A DNA stretch of 64,000 nt from an uncultured Acidobacteriota bacterium (GCA_963770895.1 CAVYRF010000002.1:5344001-5408000), one strand, 5' to 3'. Shown: positions 1 through 10,771, counted from the stretch's first letter. Notes: generated from the sequence alone by a model not told the origin. A program made the numbers and translations.

Positions 1-2
1 TT

Positions 3-821
3 CCACCTGCCGGCGTCGGCAAAAGCGTCGACGGTGGCGCCACCTGGCGGTCGATCAATACGGGGCTCCTCAAGTCGGGCCCGCCCACGGACGACAGCTT
101 CGGCGTGCTCGCCGTCGATCCCGTGCACACCGCCACGGTCTACGCTGCCGGTTGCCAGCGGCTGGTTTTCAAGACCGAGAACGGCGGCGACACCTGGCGC
201 TCCATCGATGCCGGCCTGCCTGACGCCAGCTTCTGCGTCACCGCTCTGGTGGTCGATTCCCGGCATCCCGCGACCCTCTATGCCGCGCTCAATGGAGTCG
301 CAGGCCCGCTGGGCGTCTTCAAGACGACCGACGGCGGCGCCAGCTGGCACGCCGCCAATTCCGGGCTGCCGCGCGCGCACCCGGACGAGCGCCCGCTCAA
401 GACCTTTACGCTGGTCGGCGTACACGGCGACACCAGCCACTATCAAGATTTCGATCCCACCAAGGCCTGGCACTTCGGCGAGCTCGGCCCCTTCACCAGT
501 TCCCTGTCGGACCTGGTGATGGACCCCAGCAACTCCGCGGTGCTCTATGCCGGCACCTTCCCGCAGGGCGTTTTCAAGACGACCGATGGCGGCGTCACCT
601 GGACGGCGGCCAATTCCGGCCTGGCATCGACCGAGATCACCGCGCTCGCCATCGACGCCACGCACGGCACTACGCTCTACGCCGCCACCCCCGCCGGTGC
701 CTTCAAGACCTCCGACGGTGGCGCCCACTGGACCGCCGCCTCGTGCGGCCTCACCGACTCGTACGGGCCCGCCCCGCCAGCGTGCGCCGCCGCCGTAGCG
801 GTGGCAGCCGGCAAGCCATAG
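3..821 (+). CDS. BNR/Asp-box repeat beta-propeller protein (YCF48/VPS10-like), 5'-truncated by window edge
   Basis: Repeated (F)K(S/T)xDGGxxW Asp-box motifs; frame open from position 3 (KSVDGGATW) to TAG at 821. Confidence 0.8.
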   Translation, partial: PPAGVGKSVDGGATWRSINTGLLKSGPPTDDSFGVLAVDPVHTATVYAAGCQRLVFKTENGGDTWRSIDAGLPDASFCVTALVVDSRHPATLYAALNGVAGPLGVFKTTDGGASWHAANSGLPRAHPDERPLKTFTLVGVHGDTSHYQDFDPTKAWHFGELGPFTSSLSDLVMDPSNSAVLYAGTFPQGVFKTTDGGVTWTAANSGLASTEITALAIDATHGTTLYAATPAGAFKTSDGGAHWTAASCGLTDSYGPAPPACAAAVAVAAGKP

Positions 822-989
822 AACCTCCGCACCGCACCCCCCTCAAGCGCGGTACTCGGATGATCTCCGAGCACCGGTCCCCCCACCGGCTGTCGCGCCC
901 TGGGTCCAGCGTGTGGGCGCAGCGGGCACGAGAGGCGAGGGAGCAAGCCGGCTCGGTGTCTGTTCGCGGGGCTGGCTGTTGCGCGAGCG

Positions 990-1150
990 CGCACACCAGC
1001 TCATCCCGCCAAGTCCCAAGTCCAACGGGATGTCGTCAAGTACGACCCTTCCAAAAACGACTGGCAAGATCTCTGGGCTAGAACCGCGGATATGCAGGAT
1101 CATCGCTTGATCCAGCTCGTTCTTGACCCAATTCGCACCGACGGCCGGTG
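990..1150 (-). pseudogene. TIR-domain C-terminal remnant
   Basis: AVGANWVKNELDQAM...EILPVVF...DDIP resembles the TIR WVxxEL and ILPV motifs; no N-terminal half. Confidence 0.45.
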
Positions 1151-1206
1151 GACCTCGGCGATTTCCTCCCGGACATCGCCTGGCGATCACCGGCCGGTTC
1201 GCGCCA

Positions 1207-1641
1207 TCACCCGCGAGCGGTTGGGCCTTCGCCGCGCTGGTTGGTATGCGGGCGGGACTGGCCTCGTCGCAGGTTCCATAATCCGAGTACCGAGAGAATG
1301 AAGGAGAAGGTTCCGGTAAGGCCGAGCATGAGGAGGGTCCAGACGAAGAAGAACGGTGGGCCCGACTTGGCGATCCCGCCGGCGACAACCCCTCCCGCGG
1401 CCCTCACATGGACGAACTCGACAGTCACCGCAAGAAGAGCCCCGAGTGCGCTGATCAGATACCCTGATCGCCGTTCGACCAGCAACAGCGTTCCGCATAG
1501 CCAGACGACCAGGATGATCGTCGCAGCCAGCAGTCCTCCTGGGCTCATGCCGCCGTGGTAGAGGATGTCGTCCGTCAGGTGAAAAGTCGTGAGGAGGATC
1601 GAGAGCATCGACGCGATGGTTAGCATGACGTGGCGCTTCAT
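1207..1641 (-). CDS. hypothetical 4-TM membrane protein
   Basis: MKRHVMLTIASMLSILL..., four hydrophobic segments, AGGAG upstream of ATG at 1641. Confidence 0.7.
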   Translation of the reverse strand: MKRHVMLTIASMLSILLTTFHLTDDILYHGGMSPGGLLAATIILVVWLCGTLLLVERRSGYLISALGALLAVTVEFVHVRAAGGVVAGGIAKSGPPFFFVWTLLMLGLTGTFSFILSVLGLWNLRRGQSRPHTNQRGEGPTARG

Positions 1642-1645
1642 CCGC

Positions 1646-1771
1646 TCATCTCCTAGTGGTCTCCGGGGTCTGGCCTTCCTGAAAGGCATACACGATGGAA
1701 TCGAGGGAGACCCGCGTGCCGGCTACGCGGTAAGCGCCCTCCTGCTGCGACACATACTCTTCGCTCTTCAT
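1646..1771 (-). pseudogene. truncated DUF433 antitoxin
   Basis: YRVAGTRVSLDSIVYAFQEGQTPET is the DUF433 N-half; stops after 41 aa. Confidence 0.7.
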
Positions 1772-2025
1772 CGTCCCGAAAAATCTTACCACCGAGCCCG
1801 GGCATCCCCGAGAGTCCACCGCCGCCTCCACCTCGGCCGATCGGCCTACCATTGGGGGGCCGATGGGCCAAGGGCGGCGAAGCCGACAGCGGAGCGGTTG
1901 CAATCAATTTCTTGCTGAGCAATCGAAGAAGTAGCCGCGGCGGGACCCCTCCGAAGTTACACCGCGGGCTGATAGACTCGCTTTCAGGTATCGATCGTTC
2001 GGCACCGTCCACCGGAGGGGCGACC

Positions 2026-2406
2026 TTGGCCCGAAACGTCGTCTTCACACCGAACGCGGCAAAGCCGCCTGCGACCTACAGTCAGGCTGTGAAGGCAGCC
2101 GGCCTCGTCTTCGTCTCGGGCACGGCACCGGCCGACCCTGCGACAGGCCAGTTGGTGGGGACGACCATTCAAGAGCAGACGCGGCAGTGCCTGCAGAACA
2201 TTTCGGCCATTCTCACGGCTGCCGGGAGCTCGCTGGAGCGGATCGTGAGCGCGACGATCGTGCTCGCCGACGAGGAGGACTTCGCGGGCCTGAACGAAGA
2301 GTGGGTGCGCTGGTTCCCGAGCGATCCACCGGCGCGCCAGGGAGCCAAGCTCCCCGCGAAAGTTCCAGGACTAAAAGTCTCCATCGCGGTCATCGCCGAG
2401 GCCTGA
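2026..2406 (+). CDS. RidA/YjgF family enamine/imine deaminase
   Basis: YSQAVKA..LVFVSG, QTRQCLQN and PAR motifs; TTG start after GGAGG. Confidence 0.9.
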   Translation: MARNVVFTPNAAKPPATYSQAVKAAGLVFVSGTAPADPATGQLVGTTIQEQTRQCLQNISAILTAAGSSLERIVSATIVLADEEDFAGLNEEWVRWFPSDPPARQGAKLPAKVPGLKVSIAVIAEA

Positions 2407-2589
2407 CGGGCCGCCATCCCTCCCGGGCACCCGCCGCGCGACACACGCGGGCCACATGGGCAGCGGTGCGATACCATGGGGTCTGACCGAGGAACCTGAA
2501 CCGGCCGTGGAACCATCAGGGGACGAAGAGCTTACTGCCGGCTCGTCGTGGGTGCGGCTGACTGTGGACGCCACCATGCCGGAGGGGAG

Positions 2590-2860
2590 AGCGGACGACA
2601 CGATGTGGCGGGCGCTCGAGCTGGAGCTCAACCTCGACAATGGCTTGGCCTGGTATCTCGCGACCCGGCAAGAGCGCGGCGGCGAGGTGGGCCGCATGGA
2701 GGCTCTGCGGCGGGTCGCAGCTCTTCCCGGCAGCTGGCGCGCTCAGTTGTGGCTGGGGCGTGCGGCCCTCGAGGCGGGTGATCTCGAAGGTGCGGTCACT
2801 CTCTATCGCCAGATCCTGGCGCGCATGGGCGAGGCGGTTCCGTCACATGTCTGTGCCTGA
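2590..2860 (+). pseudogene. TPR-protein fragment
   Basis: WRAQLWLGRAALEAGDLEGAVTLYRQIL TPR-like helix pair; lacks a credible start and end. Confidence 0.45.
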
Positions 2861-3124
2861 CATGCCCTCACAACGTCGTCGCTCGCATCGTGTTCGCACA
2901 GACCCTGCTCTATCTGAAGCGCACGCGGCCGGAATCGCTGGCGGAGTTCGAGGCAAGGATCCAGCTATTGCAGCAGCGCCACCCTCTGCCGCAGCCGGCC
3001 CACGGCATCGTGCAGCGGATCTTCGATAAAGCGCTGGAGGATGTGACGGCCGGCGATGCACCTGTCACGGCGACGGGGGTACCTCAGGCGCCGTAAGCAA
3101 GTCTTGGCGCGCAGATTGCCGAGA

Positions 3125-3260
3125 GTGACTCTTTTGACGTCTCATCGTGTGGGCAGCATTATCCTCACATTGTGAAAGTGCCCCCGGACCGACGGTCAGC
3201 GCCTCCTGAACCGACGGCGTGAGCTCGGCCGCTCTCAACTGCCGGGAGCCCTCTGGCGCG
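3125..3260 (+). repeat. degenerate att-arm + HTH N-terminal stub
   Basis: GTGACTCTTTTGACGTCTCAT resembles GTTGCCCTTTTGCCGTCTCAT at 4620-4642 and 37063-37086; downstream PRTDGQRLLNRRRELGRSQ. Confidence 0.55.
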
Positions 3261-3360
3261 ATGAAGCGGTCGGTTGGCCGCGGAGAGCCAGAGTCGCCGC
3301 CGGGCGCCCTCGCTACCCTGCGGACGAGAGCGCCCGGTACCGGCGCCCGCCACCCACCTC

Positions 3361-3443
3361 GGGAGCAAGCTCCCTGCGCAGAGCCCCCCGCGTCCAGGCC
3401 ACCGCACGCAGGAGAAACACCTGGACGCGGGGGGCTCTGCGCA
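3361..3443. repeat. perfect 24-bp inverted repeat plus GGGAGCAAGCTCCC palindrome (REP-like)
   Basis: 3375-3398 TGCGCAGAGCCCCCCGCGTCCAGG pairs perfectly with 3420-3443. Confidence 0.85.
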
Positions 3444-3810
3444 ACGCTTGCGCCCTCGGATCTCGGTCTGGCCTCGCCAAGCGCGACCGGCGACGGCACG
3501 CGATCTTCGTGACCTCCAACACAAAGGATTTCGTGCGCGTGCCTGGCTTGAAGTGGTACGAGAGATCGATGACTGCGAAGTAGTAGGCCTGAGGTTCCAA
3601 TGGTGCCAGACACTCGGCATGCAGATCGATCGGGAAGCGTGGGCGAACTCTCGACCTCTTTCTCGCGCATGCGAGGCGCACCGGCAACATCAAGATTCTC
3701 GGCACTTCCCCGCACCATGAAGCCGAATCGCAGGCTGGTGATCCTGGATCTCTTTGCGATACGCCTGCTTTTTTGCTTATTAAGAAACCGGCCCAGATCA
3801 GCTCCGCGCA

Positions 3811-4192
3811 CTATTCGGCTCTCGTACCGGCCTCGCCGCGAATCGGCCGAAATCGGGCTCGGGCTGGCGTCCAGACTACGACCGCTCCAAGTAGACGCTC
3901 ACCCGAGGTTTCAACGAGAGCGACAATGGACGCCGGAAGTTCGCCACGAGACTGCTCCGGGCAGCGGATGAGGAGAACACCTTCCTCCCCGCCCAGGTCG
4001 GAGGCCACGGCCAGCTGTCCAAAAATCCTTGTCCTCAGTAAGCAGGACTCGGTGCTCGCGGCGGGAGCGAGCGAAGACTTCCCGGTCTAGCGCACCGCGA
4101 CTATCCTCAATGACCGCAACCACGTCGTGCCCTGCATCCCTGAGCGCCATGACCACGCCGTAGTCGCAGCTCTCGTCGGCAAGAAGGCGCAC
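3811..4192 (-). pseudogene. DUF5615 PIN-like toxin, frameshifted
   Basis: MRLLADE..GHDV..LLTEDKDF, then one extra T in the run at 4021-4025; continues as GVLLIRCP... in another frame. Confidence 0.8.
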
Positions 4193-4212
4193 AGGGCCGC
4201 CACGATCGCCCG

Positions 4213-4452
4213 TCAGGCCCGATGGGCAACGGTCTCGACGATCTCGTCGTTCGCTATGGTGTCGGCAGCGAAGGCGACAGCGGCACGGACATCATCCCGC
4301 GTGAGGTGCGGATAGGAGGTCAAGAGGGCTTCCTCAGTGGCTCCTTCGCTGATTCGGCGCAGGATCAGCTCCACGGGGACCCTAGTGCCACGAATGACGG
4401 GTTTTCCCAGCATCACATCGGGATTTGCTTCTATTCGCGCTGCTAGCTTCAT
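4213..4452 (-). CDS. DUF433 antitoxin
   Basis: IEANPDVMLGKPVIRGTRVPVELIL...YPHLTRDDVRAA. Confidence 0.92.
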   Translation of the reverse strand: MKLAARIEANPDVMLGKPVIRGTRVPVELILRRISEGATEEALLTSYPHLTRDDVRAAVAFAADTIANDEIVETVAHRA

Positions 4453-4593
4453 CGCTGAAACCCCTCCAGCCTGACCGATTCTATCCCAGGCAGCGGTAGG
4501 ACGGTCTTCAGGTTTTCCAGCTGCTCCCGCAGGAGGAGGATCGAGGTCCAGTGGTCGCTTCGCGGGGAACTTCCCTGGGTACGGGGCGCTATG

Positions 4594-4665
4594 TAGCCCG
4601 GACAGGGATGGGCGTCCTCAGAATGAGACGGCAAAAGGGCAACACACCCCTGGGGGTGCGATGGA
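4594..4665. repeat. att-like site, direct repeat of 37036-37106 (core CACCCC-TG-GGGGTG)
   Basis: GGCGTCCTCARAATGAGACGGCAAAAGGGCAAC shared with 37054-37086; minus strand reads LPFCRLILRTP. Confidence 0.75.
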
Positions 4666-5266
4666 CAGATGGCCCTATGCACGATTTCGCAAATCGCTAT
4701 GTTGCTGTTGACGCGACGCATTCTCTTCGACTTAGATACCTTGTAGCTGAAGAGACAATGGCGCGGTGGGTTGGAATTTAGGGGGAGGTCGATTGGCGAT
4801 GAACGCCGCGGAACGAAGGAAGCGTCATTGACAGCTAATCCCACAACAAGAAGGTACGGGTTGCTGCAATGCATGTCTCGAACTATAGTGGGTGGTTCTT
4901 TTGGATGAGGCATATAACTGACTACAATTATCGGCATCATCAGGATGTGGATGATGAGCAGAGTGGACAGGTTAAGGTAACTTGACGATAACGAAACATC
5001 ATTCCCGGGAAATCCTGCGCAAACTCGATTATCCGCAAAGTACGCTTGATTGTCTGAGGTGGGGACTCTCGTGGGCAACGGCGACAGGCAGAGCATGGAG
5101 ATCCGGTGCGCGCAGGGCTTTGACACAAATCGAGGAAGAGAGAGCACGATCGAGATGAACCCATAGCCCTTTGTCATGGTGGAACCCGGCGCACATCCGC
5201 TGAACCCGACGGTGCGAATCTCCATTGTTATAGTCTCTAGCCACGTCCTCCGCGGAGAGTGCTTTT

Positions 5267-7423
5267 ATGCGATGTAGAGAGACTGCCGTTGTCATCTCGT
5301 TATTCGTGGCCGCCATTGGCGTACCGCTTTCTGCGACGCAAAAGCCAACACCGATACTCGGCATCGTCGAACTCGGCACGGGCACCGAAATCAAATGGGC
5401 CGACGTCAAAAAGCCGAACGTGACGATCCCACTCACGATCGAGAACCTGACGAAAGGGCCGATCGAGAACATTGACGTCATGCTCACCCCGTTCAGCGGT
5501 TCCGGTCGCGCCGCCGACGCGACGATCGATGGGAAGGAGCCGCCCGCTACAATCAAGCTTCTGAGACCAAGCATCCCTGTGACCATCACGATCGCGGCGC
5601 AGCTCCCCGCGCCGGTGACCTACCGAGCGTATCTCCGCCTTCGCCAGGGCGGGGCCGCGCATTTGTTAGCAACGATCGAGATCGCCCGTACGCGATCCCC
5701 GCCGCCTATAGAGATCGGCACCGTGCAGGCGCGCATCGTTGAATTTGGGTTCCGTCTCTGTCCACAATCGGCCATCTTCGATACGACCATCACCGATCAG
5801 GGCGACTCGGTGAAGCTTAATTACGTCCGGCACTCAATTGAATACAGGGAGAAGGCTGACGGGAAGGAACCGATAGCTCCGCCGGGGCACGTCGACGTCA
5901 TCATCGAGCCCAGCAGCCTGCTTGCCGGCGCGACACCGCTTCCGGTAAAGATGACGGTCGCCGGCATATCGAGACCGGGCCGCTACGACGCTACGGTCGG
6001 CTTCGGCGGACCCTCTTACTCGGCGACAGATATGACGGCGGTGGTCTACGCACGCCAATCGTGGTACGTCGCCATAAGCTATATCCTCCTGGGCACTCTC
6101 GTCTCCCTCTTCCTTCGCTACTACGGCATAGTCGGACGCCCGTCGCTGCTCAAAAAGCAGCGCATGAACACTCTCTTCCGCGAGCTCGCTGAGCACGCAA
6201 CCGCGGCCGCCGATGACCCACCGGCACTGGCCGTCGTGCAGAACGTCCGGCGCCAGCTCACGGATTTCTGGAACGAGCTGTCGATCACCGGTAAGTTGAA
6301 AGAAACCGTGACGCTCGACGTATACGACGCGAAGATCGCGGCGATGCCGCAATGGCTGCAACTTCGCAGGCAAATTAAACGCCTCCAACCTGAGACGCTT
6401 CGCGAGCCTTTCGAGGTGAAGATCTCGGGAGTCGAGTCTGTTCTGCGCGACCGCACGGCGGAGACCGCTGCAGTGACTGCGCAGATCAAGATTCTGGACG
6501 CCATGCCAGCGGAGATCGACGCGGCTTTGAAGACGGAGCTCGAAACGCAACTCACCGCGTTGATGCAAAGCGTCGCTGGCGACACCCGCTTCGAAGACCT
6601 GGTTCCGCTGCTCGGAAAAGTGCGGACGGAGCTTGGTGCCGGCCGCCTCGAAGGCGCGGCGGTCGAGCTCGATCTCCTGCAACGGCGCTATGTCCGCCGG
6701 CTTGCGGATGATCTCGCTGCCCGCCTTACGCCCACGTCGCCAGTCGGCGTCAAAAAGCCGGAGTGGGACGCCACTGTGGCGACGATCATGGCTGACGTCG
6801 CCCGCGCGCGCAATGCCGCCACAGCCGCTGAGGCGCTCGAAGCGTTCCGCTCGGGGTTGACACGCTTCCTCCACGTCGTCGCGACCGGTCTGAACCAGGA
6901 TATCGCGGAAAAAATCAAAAAAGGCTCGCGCTTCGGAAAGGAATACGCCTCTGTGAACCCGCGGTTAGACGCCGTCTTAGCGGCGCTCGATCAGGGTGAT
7001 CTCGTCGTCGCGTGGCGCAGACTCGACGAAGCGCAGACCGACTACGCCAAGGTAGTGAGAGAAGCGACCGCTGGTGTTCTGGGCGACGGGGAACAGCTGG
7101 CGATGAACGCCCTCGCCGCGGCGACAAATGGGTCAGGCGCCTCTGCCGGCTTCGACATCGTCGATATCTTCGTCGGTAGATCGTCGGCCGATGAGGTTTC
7201 ACGTCCAGAGTCGATGAAGTCGATCAGGACCATGCGCCTTGCAGGCGACATCGCTGCGTCGCTGTTTGTCATCCTTGCCGCGAACCTCATCGGGCTGCAG
7301 ACGCTCTGGATCGGCAACCTAACCTGGGGCGGATGGCCGGCAGTCATCGCGGCATTCCTCTGGGGTGTCGCCTTCGACCAATTCAGCCACGCCGGCCTCT
7401 CAGCCCTGATTCGGAAGGGGTAA
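5267..7423 (+). CDS. membrane protein: signal peptide, beta-rich ectodomain, TM, long helical region, C-terminal 2TM
   Basis: 718-aa ORF with hydrophobic N-terminus, central TM (WYVAISYILLGTLVSLFL) and C-terminal LIGLQTLW..WGG..AAFLWG hairpin. Confidence 0.75.
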   Translation: MRCRETAVVISLFVAAIGVPLSATQKPTPILGIVELGTGTEIKWADVKKPNVTIPLTIENLTKGPIENIDVMLTPFSGSGRAADATIDGKEPPATIKLLRPSIPVTITIAAQLPAPVTYRAYLRLRQGGAAHLLATIEIARTRSPPPIEIGTVQARIVEFGFRLCPQSAIFDTTITDQGDSVKLNYVRHSIEYREKADGKEPIAPPGHVDVIIEPSSLLAGATPLPVKMTVAGISRPGRYDATVGFGGPSYSATDMTAVVYARQSWYVAISYILLGTLVSLFLRYYGIVGRPSLLKKQRMNTLFRELAEHATAAADDPPALAVVQNVRRQLTDFWNELSITGKLKETVTLDVYDAKIAAMPQWLQLRRQIKRLQPETLREPFEVKISGVESVLRDRTAETAAVTAQIKILDAMPAEIDAALKTELETQLTALMQSVAGDTRFEDLVPLLGKVRTELGAGRLEGAAVELDLLQRRYVRRLADDLAARLTPTSPVGVKKPEWDATVATIMADVARARNAATAAEALEAFRSGLTRFLHVVATGLNQDIAEKIKKGSRFGKEYASVNPRLDAVLAALDQGDLVVAWRRLDEAQTDYAKVVREATAGVLGDGEQLAMNALAAATNGSGASAGFDIVDIFVGRSSADEVSRPESMKSIRTMRLAGDIAASLFVILAANLIGLQTLWIGNLTWGGWPAVIAAFLWGVAFDQFSHAGLSALIRKG

Positions 7424-7426
7424 ACC

Positions 7427-10400
7427 GTGCCGTCAAATCGATACACGCGTATCGACACTCTACTGCGCGTCCGGCGGTTCGGCAAAATTTTGGTGCTCGA
7501 TCTGGGCGGTGAGACGATGAACTTCGATGCCGCGACGCCCGAGACTGACTGGCTCGATCTGGTTGCGGCCTGGCCGGCGGTCGTCGCTGCGGCGAAGCCG
7601 GAGGGCAGCGAATACGACCTTCACCGCGTCACGATCCATGTCGAAGAGCAATCGCTGGCGGCTCTCGATTGGGAGCCTCTCTTCGTCGACCGAGCCGCTC
7701 CGACGTGGTCGCAACGGTGCGTCGTGCGGGTCTCATCAGTTCCTGCTCGCGTGATGCAGTTTCCGTTTGCTGTTCCGGCGCGAGTGCTGGAGATCGGTTC
7801 GCCGCGCGTCGTGAAGGAGGCGGTTGACGCGGCGCTGGGCGGTTCGTACGACACGTCCGCTCTCATCGTCGGCTCTACCCAGCCACTCCTGGCGCGGAAG
7901 TTCGTGCAGCGATCCTCCTGGGCCACGGCAGACATCCTCCATTTGCACGATATCACCGAGGACGCCGACCTCGTGCTGCGGACGTCGGCTCCCGACATAC
8001 CCGGGACGCTTGGCTGGATTCTTCGTGCGTGCATGCAGTGGCAGACCCGTCTGGCGATCATTGAGGTACCACCTGCACGGCTCGCGCTCGTTCGCCGACT
8101 GGGGCATGAGATTATCGAGCGCGGTGGCCCGGCGGTGATCGTCGGTCCCAACGACGGCGTCGATCGCGTGACCCTCTACGCATCGATTCTCCACGACCGA
8201 CCGTTCGATTGGGTGAAGCAGTTCCAGCCTGCAGCGGTGCTCTTCGCCGGTGGAGGCCGCGAGGAAGCCCTGCGATTCTCGCCGGCTGGAGAGCGCCTCT
8301 CGGAGCCAGTTACGAAGGATGCGATCGTCGCGGCGGTGGCTGAAGCGAGCGAGGGATTCCAGACAATCGCCTCGGCGAACACCCCTCCGCCACGCGAGGT
8401 CGTTCTCGACTCGATCTTCCATGCGGCCGGAGAGTTACGCCTGACCTCCGCCGACAACGGCCTCAGCATCGGATGGAGTCCTGCTGCCCGAATTCGCTTC
8501 GCCGACACGGTTGCTGGCCGCATGCTGCAGAAGGGCTTCGTTGTCCGGCCACTGGACGACGACGTCTCGGCGCTGCCACTGTCGCAGTACGTGCCAATCG
8601 ACGCGCTCGCCGCCATGGTCACGACGAAGTCTCTGCCGCTCGACTATGTCCGCGACCTTCGGACGACGCCCAGCATGGACGACATCGTTCGCGAGGGGCT
8701 CGACAACCTTTCGACGTCGGTCGCGCGTCTCGAATTCGAGTCGCACGAGTCGGACGGCACCCTGCCACTGGCCGTCAAGACGGTCAATCTGCGAAATCTG
8801 GTCCGCGTCGCCCGGCCGCATCTCGCTCCGGTGACGACTCCGGCAGCGACTCAGTCGCGCCACGTCAACGCCAACTTCTTAAGGCCCGATCTCCTCCTTG
8901 GCAAGGACGGCCGCGTCGCGCAGGACGGCGCGCGTCTCAGCCCGGGCGAAGAAGTGCATCTCGGTATCCGCATAGGCACGAAGGATGAGCAGACCATCAC
9001 AATCGGTGACCTCGTTCTGTTCGAGGAGGCCTTTCCCTGGAGCAGCGGCGCCGATGGGTGTTGGCTCGAGATTGGCGTCACGCCGATGGACTTCGACAAC
9101 CTCGGCGCTCCGGTGCAGGAGGTCTGGCTTCCTCGCGAAGGCCAAATGCAACTCGTCACGTTCGCGCTCTCGCCGCGCGCGAAAACCCTGATGCCGGGCG
9201 TTGCGAGTGTCCGCTTCACGTTTTACTACCAGAACAACGTCGTGCAGTCGTTCCGCGTCGCAGCGCTGCTCACGACGGCGACCGGCGATACGGCATCGGA
9301 CCTGGCACGGGCGCTCGATATTGACCCGAAAGAAGTCCCGGCGGGCGCCGGCTACCTAGCGCGCCTCGAGTACAGCGCCGCCGACCCAACTCAAGCTGAA
9401 ACTCTCGCGCGGCGTTCGCTCTCGATTGTCGCCAACGAGAGCGCAGGCCAAAAGGTGTTCAGCATAAAAGGCAACGATTTTTTCAGCTCTACGGTCAACA
9501 GCGATATCGCGAACATGGTCCAGGCGGCGCGCGACGCACTGCGAGACGCGTCGGTCAACGATGACCTGAAGGAATACCGATACGACCCTATCGACAATAG
9601 TGGCGAGAGCGCCGAGCTCATAGACCGGACAATGCAAGTGGCACGGAGAGGATGGGAGCTCTACACCCAGATTCTGCCCGAAGAATGGGCCCATAAGGCC
9701 GTCGCGGATCTTCTCGGCGATGAAGGCGTCATCACTGCGGCCCACATCGACCTGGATCACGTTGTCCCCTGGTCGTTAATCTATGATCAGCCGGTCGACG
9801 ACGCCCATTCCGAGGAAGACGTCGAGGAAAACGGCGTGTGGAAGACCTACGACGTTGCGCGCGCTGTCTGCCCATCCGGACTTCCGGCAGCCGATGCCTC
9901 GTTGCCATCTGGCGCCTGCGGCACGCGCGCCGACTGCTTGCTCTACGGCGCCGACGCCAATAAGAGGAAAATCGTAGGAAACGTCATGTACTGCCGAGAC
10001 AGAGTCATCTGTCCGCGCCACTTTTGGGGCTTCGCGCATCAGATCGAAGTGCCGGCGCAGCAGAAGCAGCCGAAGCAGGAACTGAAGCAGCCGGCCCGGC
10101 TTATCGGCAAAGAAATTACGGCCGGAATTCTCGGCGCCGTCGCGGTCGGCTACAACCCCAACGTGCGGCTCGCTAAGGAGCACGTGCAAAAACTGAAGAC
10201 GCAGCTCCAGGCACGCGCGCCGATCCAGGAGCCCCGCGCACAGAGACGGAACCTCATCAAGGCATTCCTGGCATCCGTTCAGCCCGATGTCGTCTATCTC
10301 TACTGCCACGCATACACGGACACAGCCGCGGCGCCGGGCAAGCCTGATCCAAACCTAGACTTCGGCAAACGTGCGGCGAGCGACATAATGTCCCCTGCCG

Positions 10401-10771
10401 ACTTCAACGGCACCCCATGGACGCACGGGCCGCTCGTGTTTCTTAACGGGTGCGGGACGGTCGGCTTCAATCCAGCTGCACCTTCCCGGTTCATCGCGCA
10501 GTTCATCCAGAGCCGGCACGCATCAGCCGTCATTGGCACCGAGGTCACAGTATGGGAGGAACTGGCTTCGGAAATGGGGGCGTTGTTCCTCGAAGAGTTC
10601 CTCGGCGTTGGCAAAGGGGAGAAGGGACAGCCGCTCGAGCCGAAGTCTGCGGGTCTTGCTCTCGTGCGCGCGCGGCGCAGGTTGCTGCGCAAAAACAATC
10701 CCCTCGGTCTCGTCTACACGCTCTACGGCTCTGCCGACCTGCACATCGTCTTTCAGGCGCGCGTTCCCTGA
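7427..10771 (+). CDS. CHAT-domain (caspase-like) peptidase protein
   Basis: C-terminal VYLYCHA (His) and LVFLNGCGT (Cys) dyad, AVIGTE, NNPLGLVYTLYG; 3 bp after upstream gene. Confidence 0.8.
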   Translation: MPSNRYTRIDTLLRVRRFGKILVLDLGGETMNFDAATPETDWLDLVAAWPAVVAAAKPEGSEYDLHRVTIHVEEQSLAALDWEPLFVDRAAPTWSQRCVVRVSSVPARVMQFPFAVPARVLEIGSPRVVKEAVDAALGGSYDTSALIVGSTQPLLARKFVQRSSWATADILHLHDITEDADLVLRTSAPDIPGTLGWILRACMQWQTRLAIIEVPPARLALVRRLGHEIIERGGPAVIVGPNDGVDRVTLYASILHDRPFDWVKQFQPAAVLFAGGGREEALRFSPAGERLSEPVTKDAIVAAVAEASEGFQTIASANTPPPREVVLDSIFHAAGELRLTSADNGLSIGWSPAARIRFADTVAGRMLQKGFVVRPLDDDVSALPLSQYVPIDALAAMVTTKSLPLDYVRDLRTTPSMDDIVREGLDNLSTSVARLEFESHESDGTLPLAVKTVNLRNLVRVARPHLAPVTTPAATQSRHVNANFLRPDLLLGKDGRVAQDGARLSPGEEVHLGIRIGTKDEQTITIGDLVLFEEAFPWSSGADGCWLEIGVTPMDFDNLGAPVQEVWLPREGQMQLVTFALSPRAKTLMPGVASVRFTFYYQNNVVQSFRVAALLTTATGDTASDLARALDIDPKEVPAGAGYLARLEYSAADPTQAETLARRSLSIVANESAGQKVFSIKGNDFFSSTVNSDIANMVQAARDALRDASVNDDLKEYRYDPIDNSGESAELIDRTMQVARRGWELYTQILPEEWAHKAVADLLGDEGVITAAHIDLDHVVPWSLIYDQPVDDAHSEEDVEENGVWKTYDVARAVCPSGLPAADASLPSGACGTRADCLLYGADANKRKIVGNVMYCRDRVICPRHFWGFAHQIEVPAQQKQPKQELKQPARLIGKEITAGILGAVAVGYNPNVRLAKEHVQKLKTQLQARAPIQEPRAQRRNLIKAFLASVQPDVVYLYCHAYTDTAAAPGKPDPNLDFGKRAASDIMSPADFNGTPWTHGPLVFLNGCGTVGFNPAAPSRFIAQFIQSRHASAVIGTEVTVWEELASEMGALFLEEFLGVGKGEKGQPLEPKSAGLALVRARRRLLRKNNPLGLVYTLYGSADLHIVFQARVP

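Noticed and set aside
1075-1110. Similarity to 18564-18600 (GAACC..AGGATCAT)
   Set aside because: Short, gapped and explainable by chance; no symmetric att structure.
3065-3811. Several overlapping ORFs as real genes
   Set aside because: No family motifs; the region consists of a hairpin and decayed stubs.
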